Position numbers and translations under genes: made by a program. Below, piece after piece: positions 1-10,164 of a stretch of 64,000 nucleotides of DNA. Origin of the DNA: Candidatus Comchoanobacterales bacterium (GTDB lineage Bacteria; Pseudomonadota; Gammaproteobacteria; Comchoanobacterales; Comchoanobacteraceae); the NCBI GenBank assembly GCA_965661085.1, contig CBFIDA010000005.1, forward strand, positions 3,134-67,133. Direction: 5' to 3'. The number at the start of each line of letters is the position of its first letter. Position 1 is the first letter of the stretch. The notes below the pieces were generated by a model. The model saw only the letters and a program-made list of their open reading frames with translations. It did no database searches and had not been told where the DNA came from.

Positions 1-140
1 CCTGTGGTCTTGCACGTCATTGTAAATGTGAAGTTATGGGGTGCAGTCGAGGGACGATAAAACACCGTGGGCGGTGTGCGGTTGGCTGGACAACCGGGGT
101 GTGTTCTATTAGAGTGGGTGAGTCTGATGAGAGAAATGCC

Positions 141-623
141 ATGCAACATAAAACAGCCGTGTATCCAGGACGTTTTGATCCAACCACACGTGGTCATTTG
201 GACCTCATCTTGCGTGCCAATCGCTTGTTCGGTCAAGTGGTGGTTGCCGTGTCTGAGGATGCAGGCAAATCATCGTTTTGGTCATTGGAGAAACGTTTGC
301 AAGCCATGCGCATGGTGTGTGCGTCCCATGCAAGCATCACGGTGTTGCCATTTTCTGGTTTGTTGGTGGATTGGGTGAAGGCTCAAGGTGCCGATTGCAT
401 TGTTCGAGGCATCCGTGACAGCGTGGACATGTCTGTGGAATGGCGCATGGCGCATAGCAATCGTGTGCTCAACCAAGACATTGAGACCATTTTTTTGGCT
501 TCATCTCCAGAAGTGTCTCATATTTCAGGCACCTTGGTGCGCCAAGTCATGGCCAGTGGTGGTGATGTTGCGGCCTTTGTGCCTGAGACCATTTTGGCAT
601 TTTTTGGTGCATCGCAGTCATAA
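141..623 (+). CDS. coaD: phosphopantetheine adenylyltransferase
   Basis: From ATG 141 the translation is MQHKTAVYPGRFDPTTRGHLDLI..., with the nucleotidyltransferase TxGH motif and the ISGTLVRQ C-terminal motif. The 35 upstream codons of the tracked ORF have no CoaD counterpart. Confidence 0.92.
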   Translation: MQHKTAVYPGRFDPTTRGHLDLILRANRLFGQVVVAVSEDAGKSSFWSLEKRLQAMRMVCASHASITVLPFSGLLVDWVKAQGADCIVRGIRDSVDMSVEWRMAHSNRVLNQDIETIFLASSPEVSHISGTLVRQVMASGGDVAAFVPETILAFFGASQS

Positions 624-727
624 AGATTTTGTGGAGATTGGCCAGACTGCTGGGTGATGCTTTTCTACTGCATGGTTTGCATGTGCCAAGATTGTCTTGG
701 TTGGCACATCATGCCGCTGTGCAAAAG

Positions 728-1786
728 CTATTGGCAGAGTGGCAGCACTTCGGGCTCCAATTGGACGCCAAATGTTTGCCACACCCGATGCGTCACATGT
801 TCTGAAAATTGTCGCACATGTGATAAGGTGGCGTCACCATGATTGACCAGCACCAGTGCATGATCAACGTGTGTGCCAACAGGCCCATGGCATGTGCCAC
901 GTAAACCGCATTGTTCAATCATCCAGGCTGCAGACAATTTGACCAAAGATGGCTCTTCAAGCGTGTGGTGTGGCATGTGTGGGAATTGTTTGGCCAGGTG
1001 TTGCCATGTTTCGCGCTTCACAACAGGATTTTTAAAAAAACTGCCACTGTTTGGCAGTGTGCTGGGATCAGGGAGCTTTTGACAGCGTATCTGCATCACA
1101 GCGTGGGCCACAGCTTGGGCAGTGATGGGGGTGTCGTTCAGTGCCGCTTGAAGTCCCCGATAATGAAGCACGGGTGTGAATGTTTGATCAAGCCGAAAGG
1201 TGACTGTGGTGATCAGGGTATTGTGGCGATGTGGTGCATGTTTGAAGCAGCTATCACGATAGCCAAAGCCACATTGTGTGGGCAGCCAAGTTTGGGTGGC
1301 ACCGGTGGTCAGGTCCAGTGTGGTCAATTGTGTCATGCGTTCAGAAACTTCAACACCGTAGGCGCCAATGTTTTGTACAGGTGCCGCACCTACCGTGCCT
1401 GGAATCAATGCCAGATTTTCAAGGCCCGACCAACCATGCGCCAGGGTGTATAGGACAAGGTCGTGCCAGTTCTCAGCAGCACCAACCGTCAGATACACAT
1501 GATCTTGATCTTCTTCTGTAATCGTGATACCGGTGTGGCCAGATTGTATGACCCAGCCAGGAATGAAAGGCGGTGGCAGCACATTGCTGCCAGCACCGAT
1601 GATGTAATGAGGTAGGGTAGACCACATGGGGTGCTGGTGACAAGACTGCCATGACATTTGGGTGGCAATGCTGCAAAAGAACCGGGCTTTGCTTGGCAAA
1701 GCCATGGTGTTGCGTGGCTGAAGGCAGAGATTTTGGTGCATGGCATCCTGCGTCGGTATGCCGTCCTGTTGCCCCAAATGGTTCAT
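728..1786 (-). CDS. murB: UDP-N-acetylenolpyruvoylglucosamine reductase
   Basis: LENLALIPGTVGAAPVQNIGAYGVEV, FGYRDSCFK, SGSFFKNP and LEPEV are colinear with E. coli MurB over the full length. Confidence 0.92.
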   Translation of the reverse strand: MNHLGQQDGIPTQDAMHQNLCLQPRNTMALPSKARFFCSIATQMSWQSCHQHPMWSTLPHYIIGAGSNVLPPPFIPGWVIQSGHTGITITEEDQDHVYLTVGAAENWHDLVLYTLAHGWSGLENLALIPGTVGAAPVQNIGAYGVEVSERMTQLTTLDLTTGATQTWLPTQCGFGYRDSCFKHAPHRHNTLITTVTFRLDQTFTPVLHYRGLQAALNDTPITAQAVAHAVMQIRCQKLPDPSTLPNSGSFFKNPVVKRETWQHLAKQFPHMPHHTLEEPSLVKLSAAWMIEQCGLRGTCHGPVGTHVDHALVLVNHGDATLSHVRQFSEHVTHRVWQTFGVQLEPEVLPLCQ

Positions 1787-1789
1787 GAA

Positions 1790-1954
1790 TTATGATTTTT
1801 TCTTTTCTTTGAACAGCACGTGCTTACGAATTTTCTTGTCGTACTTTTTGAGTGCCAATTTTTCTTCACCGGTTCGGGTGGTGATGTAAGTGGTGCCAGT
1901 GCCGGCAGTGGACACCAATAAGATGGCTTTGTCTTTCTTGGATTTGCTGGCCAT
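1790..1954 (-). CDS. rpmG: 50S ribosomal protein L33
   Basis: This 54-codon ORF is below the track cutoff and I translated it by hand: MASKSKKDKAILLVSTAGTGTTYITTRTGEEKLALKKYDKKIRKHVLFKEKKKS. It lies directly downstream of rpmB, as in E. coli. Confidence 0.9.
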   Translation of the reverse strand: MASKSKKDKAILLVSTAGTGTTYITTRTGEEKLALKKYDKKIRKHVLFKEKKKS

Positions 1955-1956
1955 GA

Positions 1957-2193
1957 TCAGACCTCCTCAATGTCTTTGCGCGTGAGTTTGAGCAGTGCAG
2001 CTTCGATGCTGCCCAATTTGTCGATGGTGCGAATGGCACGGGCAGAAAGTCGGACTTTGATGGTGCGACCACTTTTAAGCTGAAAACGCTTGGTTTGCAT
2101 GTTGAGCTTGAACGTGCGTTTGGTTTTGTTGTTGGCATGGGAAACGTTGTTGCCAACCATTCTTTTACGATTTGTGATCGCGCACACTGCCAT
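1957..2193 (-). CDS. rpmB: 50S ribosomal protein L28
   Basis: MAVCAITNRKRMVGNNVSHANNKTKRTFKLNMQ... (78 aa) is the C-terminal part of tracked ORF 1957..2454. The start is set at the internal ATG at 2193. Confidence 0.92.
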   Translation of the reverse strand: MAVCAITNRKRMVGNNVSHANNKTKRTFKLNMQTKRFQLKSGRTIKVRLSARAIRTIDKLGSIEAALLKLTRKDIEEV

Positions 2194-2505
2194 GACACTG
2201 TCTCCAAAAAATTGAACCTCATCATACCAAGTGTTTGTCAGGAAAACAACAGTTTTTTTAATGGGATTGTATTGTTTGTTGGGCTTGGGCACTGTCAGTC
2301 TATCGTCATGCGTGAATGCGTTGATATGCCGTTTGACCACATGCTTGGATGCCGTGGGCAGATGACACTTGTGGTGACTGGTCTTTGGCATGGGGGGCTT
2401 GCCTTGGCCATGTTGGGTCCTGAATCCATGTACACACACTTTGAGGATTGCCAACTTTGGTCTTCATCCGTTATGATGAAAGCCAGTTTCAGACGGTGTA
2501 ACAGC

Positions 2506-3492
2506 ATGGGGCGCATTTTCAGTGGCATTCAGCCATCCGGTCAGTTGGGCATCAGCCATTATGTGGGCACCATGCAGCATTGGTTACGCATGCAGGCTGA
2601 GCATGATGGCATGTTTTGTGTGGTGGACCAGCATGCCATCACGGTGGCACAAAAGCCAGAAGCGTTGCGTCAACAGGTGCTTGAAAATTTTGCGTTGTAT
2701 TTGGCGTGTGGCTTGGACCCAGAGCAATCTGTGATTTTTGTGCAATCTCATGTGCCAGCGCACACGCAATTGGCATGGATCCTGACTTGTCTCACCGGCA
2801 TGGGCGAACTGAGCCGCATGACTCAGTTTAAGGACAAATCACAGCAGCATGCCCAAAACATCAATGTTGGGCTCTATACATATCCTGTTTTGATGGCCAG
2901 TGACATCTTGCTGTATGGTGCCGATTTGGTGCCTGTCGGTGAAGACCAAAAACAGCATTTGGAGTTGGCGCGTGATTTGGCGTTGCGTTTCAATCATCAT
3001 TATGGTGAGGTCTTGGTGGTGCCAGAGCCCCTGATTGCAGAGCAGGGAGCGCGCATCATGAGCTTACAAGATCCCAGTAAAAAAATGTCAAAATCCGACC
3101 CCAATGCCAATGCGTTCATTTCATTGTTGGATGCGCCCAATGTCATTCTCAAGAAGGTAAGGCGTGCTGTCACCGATTCACAAGCCTGTGTGGCTTATGA
3201 TGAAGCGCGCCCAGGTATCTGTAATTTGATGACGCTTTATCATTGTTTGAGTGGCATGTCTGTTGACGACATTGCTTTGCAATATCAAGGCAGAGGTTAT
3301 GGTGATTTCAAGCAAGATTTGGCTGATCTGATCATCAGTCACTTGGATCCCATCCAGACTCGATACCAAGAGTTTTGGGCCGATCAAGCCACACTCATGA
3401 CACTGCTACAAAAAGGTCAACACACGGCACAGTCGCGTGCGGCACCCATGTTGGCACGCGTGATGCAAGCCATTGGGTTTGTGACTTTTTGA
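2506..3492 (+). CDS. trpS: tryptophan--tRNA ligase
   Basis: MGRIFSGIQPSGQLGISHYVG... and KMSKSD are class I aaRS motifs in TrpS-like order. The upstream 137 codons of the ORF run antisense over rpmB and are discarded. Confidence 0.92.
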   Translation: MGRIFSGIQPSGQLGISHYVGTMQHWLRMQAEHDGMFCVVDQHAITVAQKPEALRQQVLENFALYLACGLDPEQSVIFVQSHVPAHTQLAWILTCLTGMGELSRMTQFKDKSQQHAQNINVGLYTYPVLMASDILLYGADLVPVGEDQKQHLELARDLALRFNHHYGEVLVVPEPLIAEQGARIMSLQDPSKKMSKSDPNANAFISLLDAPNVILKKVRRAVTDSQACVAYDEARPGICNLMTLYHCLSGMSVDDIALQYQGRGYGDFKQDLADLIISHLDPIQTRYQEFWADQATLMTLLQKGQHTAQSRAAPMLARVMQAIGFVTF

Positions 3493-3513
3493 CAGCAGGT
3501 ATGGACGCATAGG

Positions 3514-4947
3514 ATGGCAACAACATTTTTATTTTATGATATTGAAACCAGTGGTTTGAATCCAACGTTTGATCAGGTTTTGCAATTTGCGGCCATCCGT
3601 ACGGACATGGATTTTCAGCCCATTGAAACACACGCTTTTTATGTCAATCCGACCATCGATGTGGTGCCTGACCCGCATGCATTGCAAGTGCACGGCATTG
3701 GCATCGAGCAATGCTTGGCAGGGTGCACGGAATATGAAGCCATGGCCCAAATCCATGCGCTGTTCAACACGCCGGACACCCTCTCTTTGGGTTACAATAC
3801 CTTGGGCTTTGACGATGGGTTTTTACGCTTTGGGTTTCATCGTCATCTGCGTTCACCTTACACGCACCAATATGCCCAAGGTTGTGGCCGGGCCGATCTG
3901 TATCCAATGATGCCTTTGTATCGGTTGTATCGTCCAGATTTGTGTCGATGGCCAACACCCAAAGACGGCCGTTTGTCATTGAAGTTGGAAGATTTGGCCC
4001 ATGCCAATGACATCGAAGTTGGGGAGGCGCATGATGCATTGAATGACGTACGTGCCACCTTGGCGTTGGCACAGCAATTGGCCCATGATCGTGACATGTG
4101 GCAATATGCTTTGGGTTATTTTGACAAAGCCACCATGCAGCGTCGTTTTGTACAGTGGGGCAGCGATGTCGCCATAGGCACACAGACCTTCAAAACAGCC
4201 TTGTACGTTGATGGCGCATTGGGTCATGGCCAAGCGTTTCAGGCACCAGTTTTGATCTTGGGGCCACACCATGTGTATCGCAATCAATGGATTTGTTTGC
4301 GTTTGGATGTGGGTGACTTGTCGGCGACCGATTTTGATACCGTGGCGACAGTGCCAACCATCATACGTAAGAAAATCACTGAGGGTGGTATACTTTTACC
4401 GATGAAATCAAGGTTTCTGGGGCATTTGAGTGCTACACGTCAAGCCATGGTTCAGACACAGTTGTCTTGGTGTCAGGCCAACCCTGATGTCATTGCAGCG
4501 ATATGCGAGCATCATTTGGCCACCACCTATGCAGACATTGAGGGCTGTGATGTCGATGGGGCATTGTATCAATCGGGTTTTAAATCCAAGACTGCCCAGC
4601 AACAATGTGCACATTTCATACAGGCATCTTGGGCGGAGAAATCCCAATTGTTGGCGAATTGGGATGGGGATGATGCCGTTCAAGCATTGCGCATTTTGGG
4701 ACGTTTTGGTTTTGAACATTTGGATGCCCACGCACAATCTATCTTTTTGCATCACTGTCGGCGGGCTTATGGCATGACCGAACAACCCCGTTTGGACCAT
4801 CGAGGGCAGCCCCAGCGTGACTTGGCTGAGGTGCTCAATATTTTGGATGGTGTGTTGGCCGATGATGCCCATGCTGCATCAACATTGCAAGGATGGCATC
4901 GTCACTTGACAGATTTGCAACGCGGTGTGGCACATCTCGAGGCTTGA
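3514..4947 (+). CDS. sbcB: exodeoxyribonuclease I
   Basis: FLFYDIETSGLNP...QFAAIRTD, GYNTLGFDD and AHDALNDVRAT are the DEDDh exonuclease motifs. Length and order match E. coli SbcB. Confidence 0.9.
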   Translation: MATTFLFYDIETSGLNPTFDQVLQFAAIRTDMDFQPIETHAFYVNPTIDVVPDPHALQVHGIGIEQCLAGCTEYEAMAQIHALFNTPDTLSLGYNTLGFDDGFLRFGFHRHLRSPYTHQYAQGCGRADLYPMMPLYRLYRPDLCRWPTPKDGRLSLKLEDLAHANDIEVGEAHDALNDVRATLALAQQLAHDRDMWQYALGYFDKATMQRRFVQWGSDVAIGTQTFKTALYVDGALGHGQAFQAPVLILGPHHVYRNQWICLRLDVGDLSATDFDTVATVPTIIRKKITEGGILLPMKSRFLGHLSATRQAMVQTQLSWCQANPDVIAAICEHHLATTYADIEGCDVDGALYQSGFKSKTAQQQCAHFIQASWAEKSQLLANWDGDDAVQALRILGRFGFEHLDAHAQSIFLHHCRRAYGMTEQPRLDHRGQPQRDLAEVLNILDGVLADDAHAASTLQGWHRHLTDLQRGVAHLEA

Positions 4948-4987
4948 TCTGTCAGGCCCACATGTGTTGTTAAAACAGGAGAAAACG

Positions 4988-5566
4988 ATGTTGGTCTATT
5001 CAGCAATGTGCCCTTTGAACACACCCGCACCGCCGTTCGTCTTGCCAGACATGGCGCGTCCGGGGCATTGCGTTGATTTTGATGATCTTTGTTCAGATGT
5101 GGCCACCGTCGTGATGTTTTTGTGCAACCATTGTCCTTATGTGCAGCTGTTGACCCCACATTTGGTGCCGTTTGTGCGTGCCCATCAAAAACATGGTGTC
5201 GTGTTTGTTGCCATCAGTGCCAACGATGCCGCACAATATCCAGACGATGCACCGCAAGAGATGACCCGTTTGGCACACAAAATGGCGTTCACTTTTCCTT
5301 ATTGTCATGATGCCAGTCAGGATGTTGCCAGAGCGTATGGGGCAGCATGCACGCCAGACTTTTATCTTTTTGATGGCGCGCGGCGTCTGGTCTACCGTGG
5401 CCGTTACGACGCTGCCACACCTGGCAACGGTTTGGCGCCTTCCGGTCGTGATTTGGGTGGGGCTTTGCATGCATTGTTGGCCGGTTTGCCGATTTCAACA
5501 GAGCAAAAGCCCAGCATGGGATGCAACATCAAATGGCGTCTTTCAACGGATGAGGGCAGCGTATGA
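4988..5566 (+). CDS. thioredoxin-fold protein (AhpC/TSA-like thiol-disulfide oxidoreductase)
   Basis: VVMFLCNHCPYV is a CxxC motif in a thioredoxin-fold context. AGGAGA lies 5 nt upstream of ATG 4988. Confidence 0.75.
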   Translation: MLVYSAMCPLNTPAPPFVLPDMARPGHCVDFDDLCSDVATVVMFLCNHCPYVQLLTPHLVPFVRAHQKHGVVFVAISANDAAQYPDDAPQEMTRLAHKMAFTFPYCHDASQDVARAYGAACTPDFYLFDGARRLVYRGRYDAATPGNGLAPSGRDLGGALHALLAGLPISTEQKPSMGCNIKWRLSTDEGSV

Positions 5567-6210
5567 CATTGTCTTGGGAGGCACTTCAGGAGATGCTCGC
5601 TGGACATCATGCAACCTGTGTTGCTGTCAGTAAAAAGCAAACCATCAAACGGATGCAGCACCTCTATGATCTGGGTCAGCGTCATTTTGGTGAAAACCAT
5701 TGTCAGGAAGCGTTGCAGAAAATGGCCCAGTGGTCACATCAGCCAGATGTGGTGTGGCATTTCATTGGTCGTATTCAAAGCAACAAATGCAAACATTTGG
5801 CACGCCATTTTGATTGGGTGCAGACCGTCCAAAGTCAGCAAGTCATCGCATTGTTGGCCAAACATCGTGCCTTGGATCTGCCACCTTTGAATGTATTGTT
5901 GCAAGTGACCACCGATGACGTTGCACACGAATACGCCATACCCCTGGGGCGCATCGATACTTTGATGCATGCCATCGATGGATGCCCAAACTTACGTTTG
6001 CGTGGTTGGATGGCCATGCCGCCCTCAACAGTCAAAGGTATTGCGCGGAAACACTTTTTTGTTGCGGTGGCACAGGCCTTTGAAGCACAACGTGCACAGA
6101 ATCATTGGGACACTCTGAGCATGGGCATGAGTGGCGATCATCAAGCGGCATTGACTGTGGGTGCCAACATGGTGCGTTTGGGCAAGATGCTGTTCGGTGA
6201 AAGCGCGTGA
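5563..6210 (+). CDS. yggS: YggS-family pyridoxal-phosphate homeostasis protein
   Basis: VAVSKKQ...HFGENHCQEA...WHFIGRIQSNK...LSMGMSGD is the typical YggS/PROSC motif series. Its start overlaps the previous stop (ATGA). Confidence 0.88.
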   Translation: MTLSWEALQEMLAGHHATCVAVSKKQTIKRMQHLYDLGQRHFGENHCQEALQKMAQWSHQPDVVWHFIGRIQSNKCKHLARHFDWVQTVQSQQVIALLAKHRALDLPPLNVLLQVTTDDVAHEYAIPLGRIDTLMHAIDGCPNLRLRGWMAMPPSTVKGIARKHFFVAVAQAFEAQRAQNHWDTLSMGMSGDHQAALTVGANMVRLGKMLFGESA

Positions 6211-6394
6211 TGTGGATGTCATCACAATGCGAAGCCAATGATGGTGGTGTGTCCTCAGCCCCGACCTCATGCTTCAATGGTGTTTTTAAATGGCATCGAT
6301 GCTGTGCCTAGCACAAATCAACGGATGTCTGCAATTGCTTGGGCCAACAACCTATGGCCTCTTGATTTGCACAACACAAACACTGAATTGAATC

Positions 6395-6862
6395 TCAAAT
6401 GTATGCTACCTGCTCAATTTCATAGACCACTTCGCCGTCTGGGGTTTGAATGATGGCTTCGTCGCCTTCATGTTTGCCAATGAGGCCCCGTGCAATCGGT
6501 GAGGTCACTGAGATTTTTTGATCTTTGATGTTGGCTTCATCTTCGCCAACAATCTGATACCGTTTGGTGGTGTCGGTGTCGGTGTCGGTGTGCAACAAGT
6601 CCACAGTGGCACCAAAAATGACACGTCCTTCATTTTCCATGGTGGTGACATCAATGATTTGGGCGTGACTGAGGCGGTGCTTGATGTCTTTGATGCGTGC
6701 CTCAATCAGACCCTGCTGCTCTTTGGCAGCATGGTATTCTGCATTTTCTTTCAGATCACCAAATTCCCGAGCGGTGGCGATGGCTTGTATGACTTTTGGG
6801 CGTGCTTCTTTGGTCAATGTGTCCAGTTCGGTGCGCAATTGGTTGGCGCCGTATGGTGTCAT
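6395..6862 (-). CDS. greA: transcription elongation factor GreA
   Basis: [16 protein letters not shown]...[16 protein letters not shown]...[10 protein letters not shown] is colinear with E. coli GreA. Confidence 0.93.
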   Translation of the reverse strand: MTPYGANQLRTELDTLTKEARPKVIQAIATAREFGDLKENAEYHAAKEQQGLIEARIKDIKHRLSHAQIIDVTTMENEGRVIFGATVDLLHTDTDTDTTKRYQIVGEDEANIKDQKISVTSPIARGLIGKHEGDEAIIQTPDGEVVYEIEQVAYI

Positions 6863-6978
6863 CGGAATGGTGTGCATGCAGCTTGACCTCATGGGATTGG
6901 AAAGAACATCACCATATCATGTTTTTCTTGTGCTGAGAAGCTCACACTGACCATGCAGTGTAGGCCATGCGTCAGACA

Positions 6979-7407
6979 TTAAGATTGAGGGTAGGCCACA
7001 ACTTCTGCTACTGAGCTGATGTGGTAAACACAGACATGCTCCCATGAGTCCAAGGTTTTTATTTCTGCTGGCGCATGAAGCGTGTTGTACAACAATTGGG
7101 CTTTTTTCTTGATGGCCGCCCAATGTTCCGTCTGATCTTTGGGCATGGTAAAAATCAAATCCAAGACCCAATTGGATACTTTGCCTTTTGGGTTTTTCAA
7201 GGGTACAAAATCTTGATACAAGGACACAATGGTGTGCATGGGGTAAGAATGAATGTCATAAAGTGGATTGTGCGTCGCAACATTGTTGCCCCGGATGGTG
7301 TCGGGTGTTGGGCAATCAGAAGCCCAATAAACCGATGCAAAGACGCTTGAGCACAACATAAGAGAAACGAGTGCGGTACAAAAATATTTGGACGATTTTA
7401 ATTTCAT
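6979..7407 (-). CDS. small secreted protein, paralog A of a local 3-member family (unknown function)
   Basis: The N-terminus is hydrophobic (MKLKSSKYFCTALVSLMLCSSVFA), followed by DCPTPDTIRG, SNWVLDL and VCVYHI. This motif order is shared with the ORFs at 7670 and 8211. Confidence 0.7.
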   Translation of the reverse strand: MKLKSSKYFCTALVSLMLCSSVFASVYWASDCPTPDTIRGNNVATHNPLYDIHSYPMHTIVSLYQDFVPLKNPKGKVSNWVLDLIFTMPKDQTEHWAAIKKKAQLLYNTLHAPAEIKTLDSWEHVCVYHISSVAEVVAYPQS

Positions 7408-7669
7408 GGTTTAGTGTATCCTCTGGGCCATGTGGTGTCAAGAATTGGTGCTGACATCAACCGTATTGTGTCGGCTGTACCAGCCTTTGAATGAAAAAAT
7501 GGGAACTGTCAGAGATTGCAACGCCCCCAATTTTAACAAACACGCCTTGTACATCTCACACTAAAGTCATACGAGCAACTTGACAAGGGTCGTGCTGGCA
7601 TGCTTGATAAAATAGCCAGAGTGATGTAACATCAAAGAAAAATTATGGAATAAAAATTATGAAAAATAT

Positions 7670-8086
7670 GTGTCAAAACTTCTTTTGTTCACCATCCTCA
7701 TCGCTTCAATACAGGCCAATGCATCCGTTACTGTGCCAGAGGACTGTCCGACAGCATCATCGATTCATGGCATACATGTCTTCGAGCATGACGCTTCAGT
7801 GAACAGTCAATGCGATCAAGATACTTGTCGTGTGATTTTTGTAGAACACAACATGTCGCTGTCCAATCAAAAAGGTGTGCCATCACAGTGGTCGTTGCAA
7901 ATGCATTTAAACGCTGATTGGATGGATGTTATTTTCAGTGTTGGGCTCTATGAAAAAGTACAAAATTTCTATCAAAAAGTGCGTGCACCTGCTGCGATTG
8001 AAACATCTGATGCTGCTGTCAGCGGCAAAGTATGTGTGTACCGATTGGATGCCGCAACCAAACTGATTGCAACACCCATGCAGTGA
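7670..8086 (+). CDS. small secreted protein, paralog B (unknown function)
   Basis: GTG start. The signal-like N-terminus is SKLLLFTILIASIQANA, followed by DCPTASSIHG, SQWSLQM and VCVYRL. Confidence 0.65.
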   Translation: MSKLLLFTILIASIQANASVTVPEDCPTASSIHGIHVFEHDASVNSQCDQDTCRVIFVEHNMSLSNQKGVPSQWSLQMHLNADWMDVIFSVGLYEKVQNFYQKVRAPAAIETSDAAVSGKVCVYRLDAATKLIATPMQ

Positions 8087-8210
8087 TCTTGGATCATATC
8101 AAGTCCAAAACGCTGACCGTCCCGAAACATCGCTGTGCTCAAACCGTACAGATGACAGATCAAAATTTCTTATGATGTGTGATATGGTTTTGAGCCCATG
8201 CAATGCGTCT

Positions 8211-8636
8211 TCATGAGGACCTTTCTGCGACAATGAATTGCTTGTTGCCATTGACAAGGTAAAGGCATTGTTGAAAGCCACCGTAAGCATCAACCTCTAA
8301 AGAGGGTTGGGTCCTGAGTTCAGCATAGGTCTGTTGTGCTTGTTTTTGGATGCCATCCAATGACACAAGGGATGTGTTTTTTTCAATGAAAAACGATGCC
8401 AGGAGTGACCAGAATGCTGTCTGATTGTGGCTGTCTTTGAGTGCCACATGATATTCTGTGACATTGGCCATTCGCAAATTTTGAGTGTTGTCCCAACGAA
8501 TTTCTAGGTTGTTGCCCAACACTTGATGGTGACGCAGTGCATCAACGGTTGGGCAAATGCTTGCATCCAATGCATTGGTGGCCATCAAGGTATGAGAAAG
8601 TGCACAAATAAGCACAGCGATTTGAAGTTTTGTCAT
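8211..8636 (-). CDS. small secreted protein, paralog C (unknown function)
   Basis: The signal-like N-terminus is MTKLQIAVLICALSHTLMA, followed by ICPTVDALRH, AFWSLLA and QCLYLV. Confidence 0.65.
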   Translation of the reverse strand: MTKLQIAVLICALSHTLMATNALDASICPTVDALRHHQVLGNNLEIRWDNTQNLRMANVTEYHVALKDSHNQTAFWSLLASFFIEKNTSLVSLDGIQKQAQQTYAELRTQPSLEVDAYGGFQQCLYLVNGNKQFIVAERSS

Positions 8637-8911
8637 GGTTTACTCAATTTCATAAAACATTATTATGATGGCTTTTGGTATTTTTGTCAACCATGGGATT
8701 GTTTAGTCTATGTTTTTTTGTGAGCCACATTCTTTCTGCTTCATACGATGTGTGCGCATGCAACGCCTCGCCTGCACACAAACAATGTGGCCACTCATGT
8801 TTGAGGGCACGACTGGGTGGCGCAGTTGAGATCACATCATCACCAAGCACAACCGCTGCATGATGCTGTATGTCTTCAGATCACACATCTCTGAAGTCAC
8901 CCCTGGGAAGA

Positions 8912-10048
8912 TCACTCGCTGGTGAAGAATTGTTTGATCGCAGTGTACCAAGAGTTCGCCTGTGGCGCATGTTTGGCGCCATTTTTTTCCAGAGATGCTG
9001 CAAAATCTGTCATCAGGTCTTTTTGTTCGCGGGTCAATTTCACTGGGGTTTCAAGCGCCACTTGACAGATCAAATCACCGGCGCCGCGCTGACTGTTTGC
9101 TGGCACCCCTTTGCCTCGTAGACGAAAAAGACTGCCGGTTTGCGTTTCGGCTGGAATTTTGAGTTTTACTTTGCCGTCCATGGTGGGCACTTCAATGGCG
9201 CCTCCTAAGATGGCAGTGGTGATGGACAAGGGCACTTTGCAAATCAAATTTTGTTGATCTCGCGAAAAAATAGGATGGGGTTTGACTTGGATTTCGACAT
9301 ACAAATCACCTGCAGGACCACCATGGGTGCCGGCTTCGCCTTTGCCAGACAAACGCATGCGGTCCCCATGATCAACGCCTGGTGGGATGGTGATGGCAAT
9401 GGCATTGGTCTTTTTGACTCGGCCACGACCGTTGCAGCTTTGGCATGGGCTGGCAATGATTTTGCCCTGGCCATTGCACTTGGGACAAGTTTGCTGGAGG
9501 GCAATGAATCCTTGTTGAATGTGCACACGGCCTGAGCCCTGACAGGTTGGACAGGTTGTGGGTTGGGTGCCTGGTTTGGCGCCAGAGCCATGACAGGTAT
9601 CACAGGTTTGAAGTGTGGGGATGCGAATGGTTTTTTTGACACCAAAAATGGCTTCATCCAGGTCTAGCTCACAAGCATACAACAAATCATTGCCTTGCTG
9701 TGCATGGGCCCGCCCGCCTGTGCGCCCGCCCATATCGCCACCAAAAATGTGATCAAAAATGCCTGAAAAGGCATCAGAGAAATCACCAAAGCCAGCACCG
9801 CCGCCACCAAAGCCGCCGCCTTCAAGTCCAGCGTGACCATATTGATCGTAAACACCACGTTTCTTATCGTCAGAAAGGACCTCATAGGCACTTTGAATTT
9901 CTTTGAATTTGGCTTCAGCCTCGGGATTGTCTGGATTGCGGTCGGGGTGATATTTCATGGCCAGCTTGCGGAAAGCTTTTTTGATGTCTGCTTTGTTGGC
10001 GTTACGTGACACCCCAAGAAGTTCATAATAATCTTTTTGTGTGGTCAT
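8912..10048 (-). CDS. dnaJ: molecular chaperone DnaJ
   Basis: It has a J domain (YHPDRNP), a G/F-rich linker and four CxxCxGxG zinc-finger repeats. Confidence 0.96.
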   Translation of the reverse strand: MTTQKDYYELLGVSRNANKADIKKAFRKLAMKYHPDRNPDNPEAEAKFKEIQSAYEVLSDDKKRGVYDQYGHAGLEGGGFGGGGAGFGDFSDAFSGIFDHIFGGDMGGRTGGRAHAQQGNDLLYACELDLDEAIFGVKKTIRIPTLQTCDTCHGSGAKPGTQPTTCPTCQGSGRVHIQQGFIALQQTCPKCNGQGKIIASPCQSCNGRGRVKKTNAIAITIPPGVDHGDRMRLSGKGEAGTHGGPAGDLYVEIQVKPHPIFSRDQQNLICKVPLSITTAILGGAIEVPTMDGKVKLKIPAETQTGSLFRLRGKGVPANSQRGAGDLICQVALETPVKLTREQKDLMTDFAASLEKNGAKHAPQANSWYTAIKQFFTSE

Positions 10049-10075
10049 GATGGATCCATGCTGATTGAAAAGATT

Positions 10076-10111
10076 GAAAAAGCCGGATGATCCCCATCAT
10101 CCGGCGTTTTT
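10076..10111 (-). terminator. intercistronic dnaK-dnaJ hairpin (attenuator or bidirectional terminator-like)
   Basis: GCCGGATGAT-CCCC-ATCATCCGGC forms a perfect 10-bp stem. It is flanked by an A5 run on one side and a T5 run on the other, so a U-tract follows it on either strand. Confidence 0.55.
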
Positions 10112-10164
10112 CGTTGGGTTGCACTCGGCTGTTGGGCCGTGTGCAATATTAGGCCGCATCCCCC

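Noticed and set aside
2095-2505. The upstream 137 codons of the trpS ORF.
   Set aside because: They overlap rpmB antisense and are unrelated to TrpS. The TrpS homology begins at MGRIFSGIQPSG (2506).
7659-7670. An ATG at 7659 (MKNM...) as the start of secreted paralog B, which would imply a frameshift.
   Set aside because: That ATG is in a different frame, which terminates after about 45 codons. GTG 7670 gives an intact signal-peptide-like N-terminus, so no frameshift needs to be invoked.
8874-8896. The hairpin CTTCAGA-N9-TCTGAAG downstream of dnaJ, considered as a terminator.
   Set aside because: It has only a 7-bp stem with a 9-nt loop, and no U-tract on the dnaJ strand. It is too weak to call.
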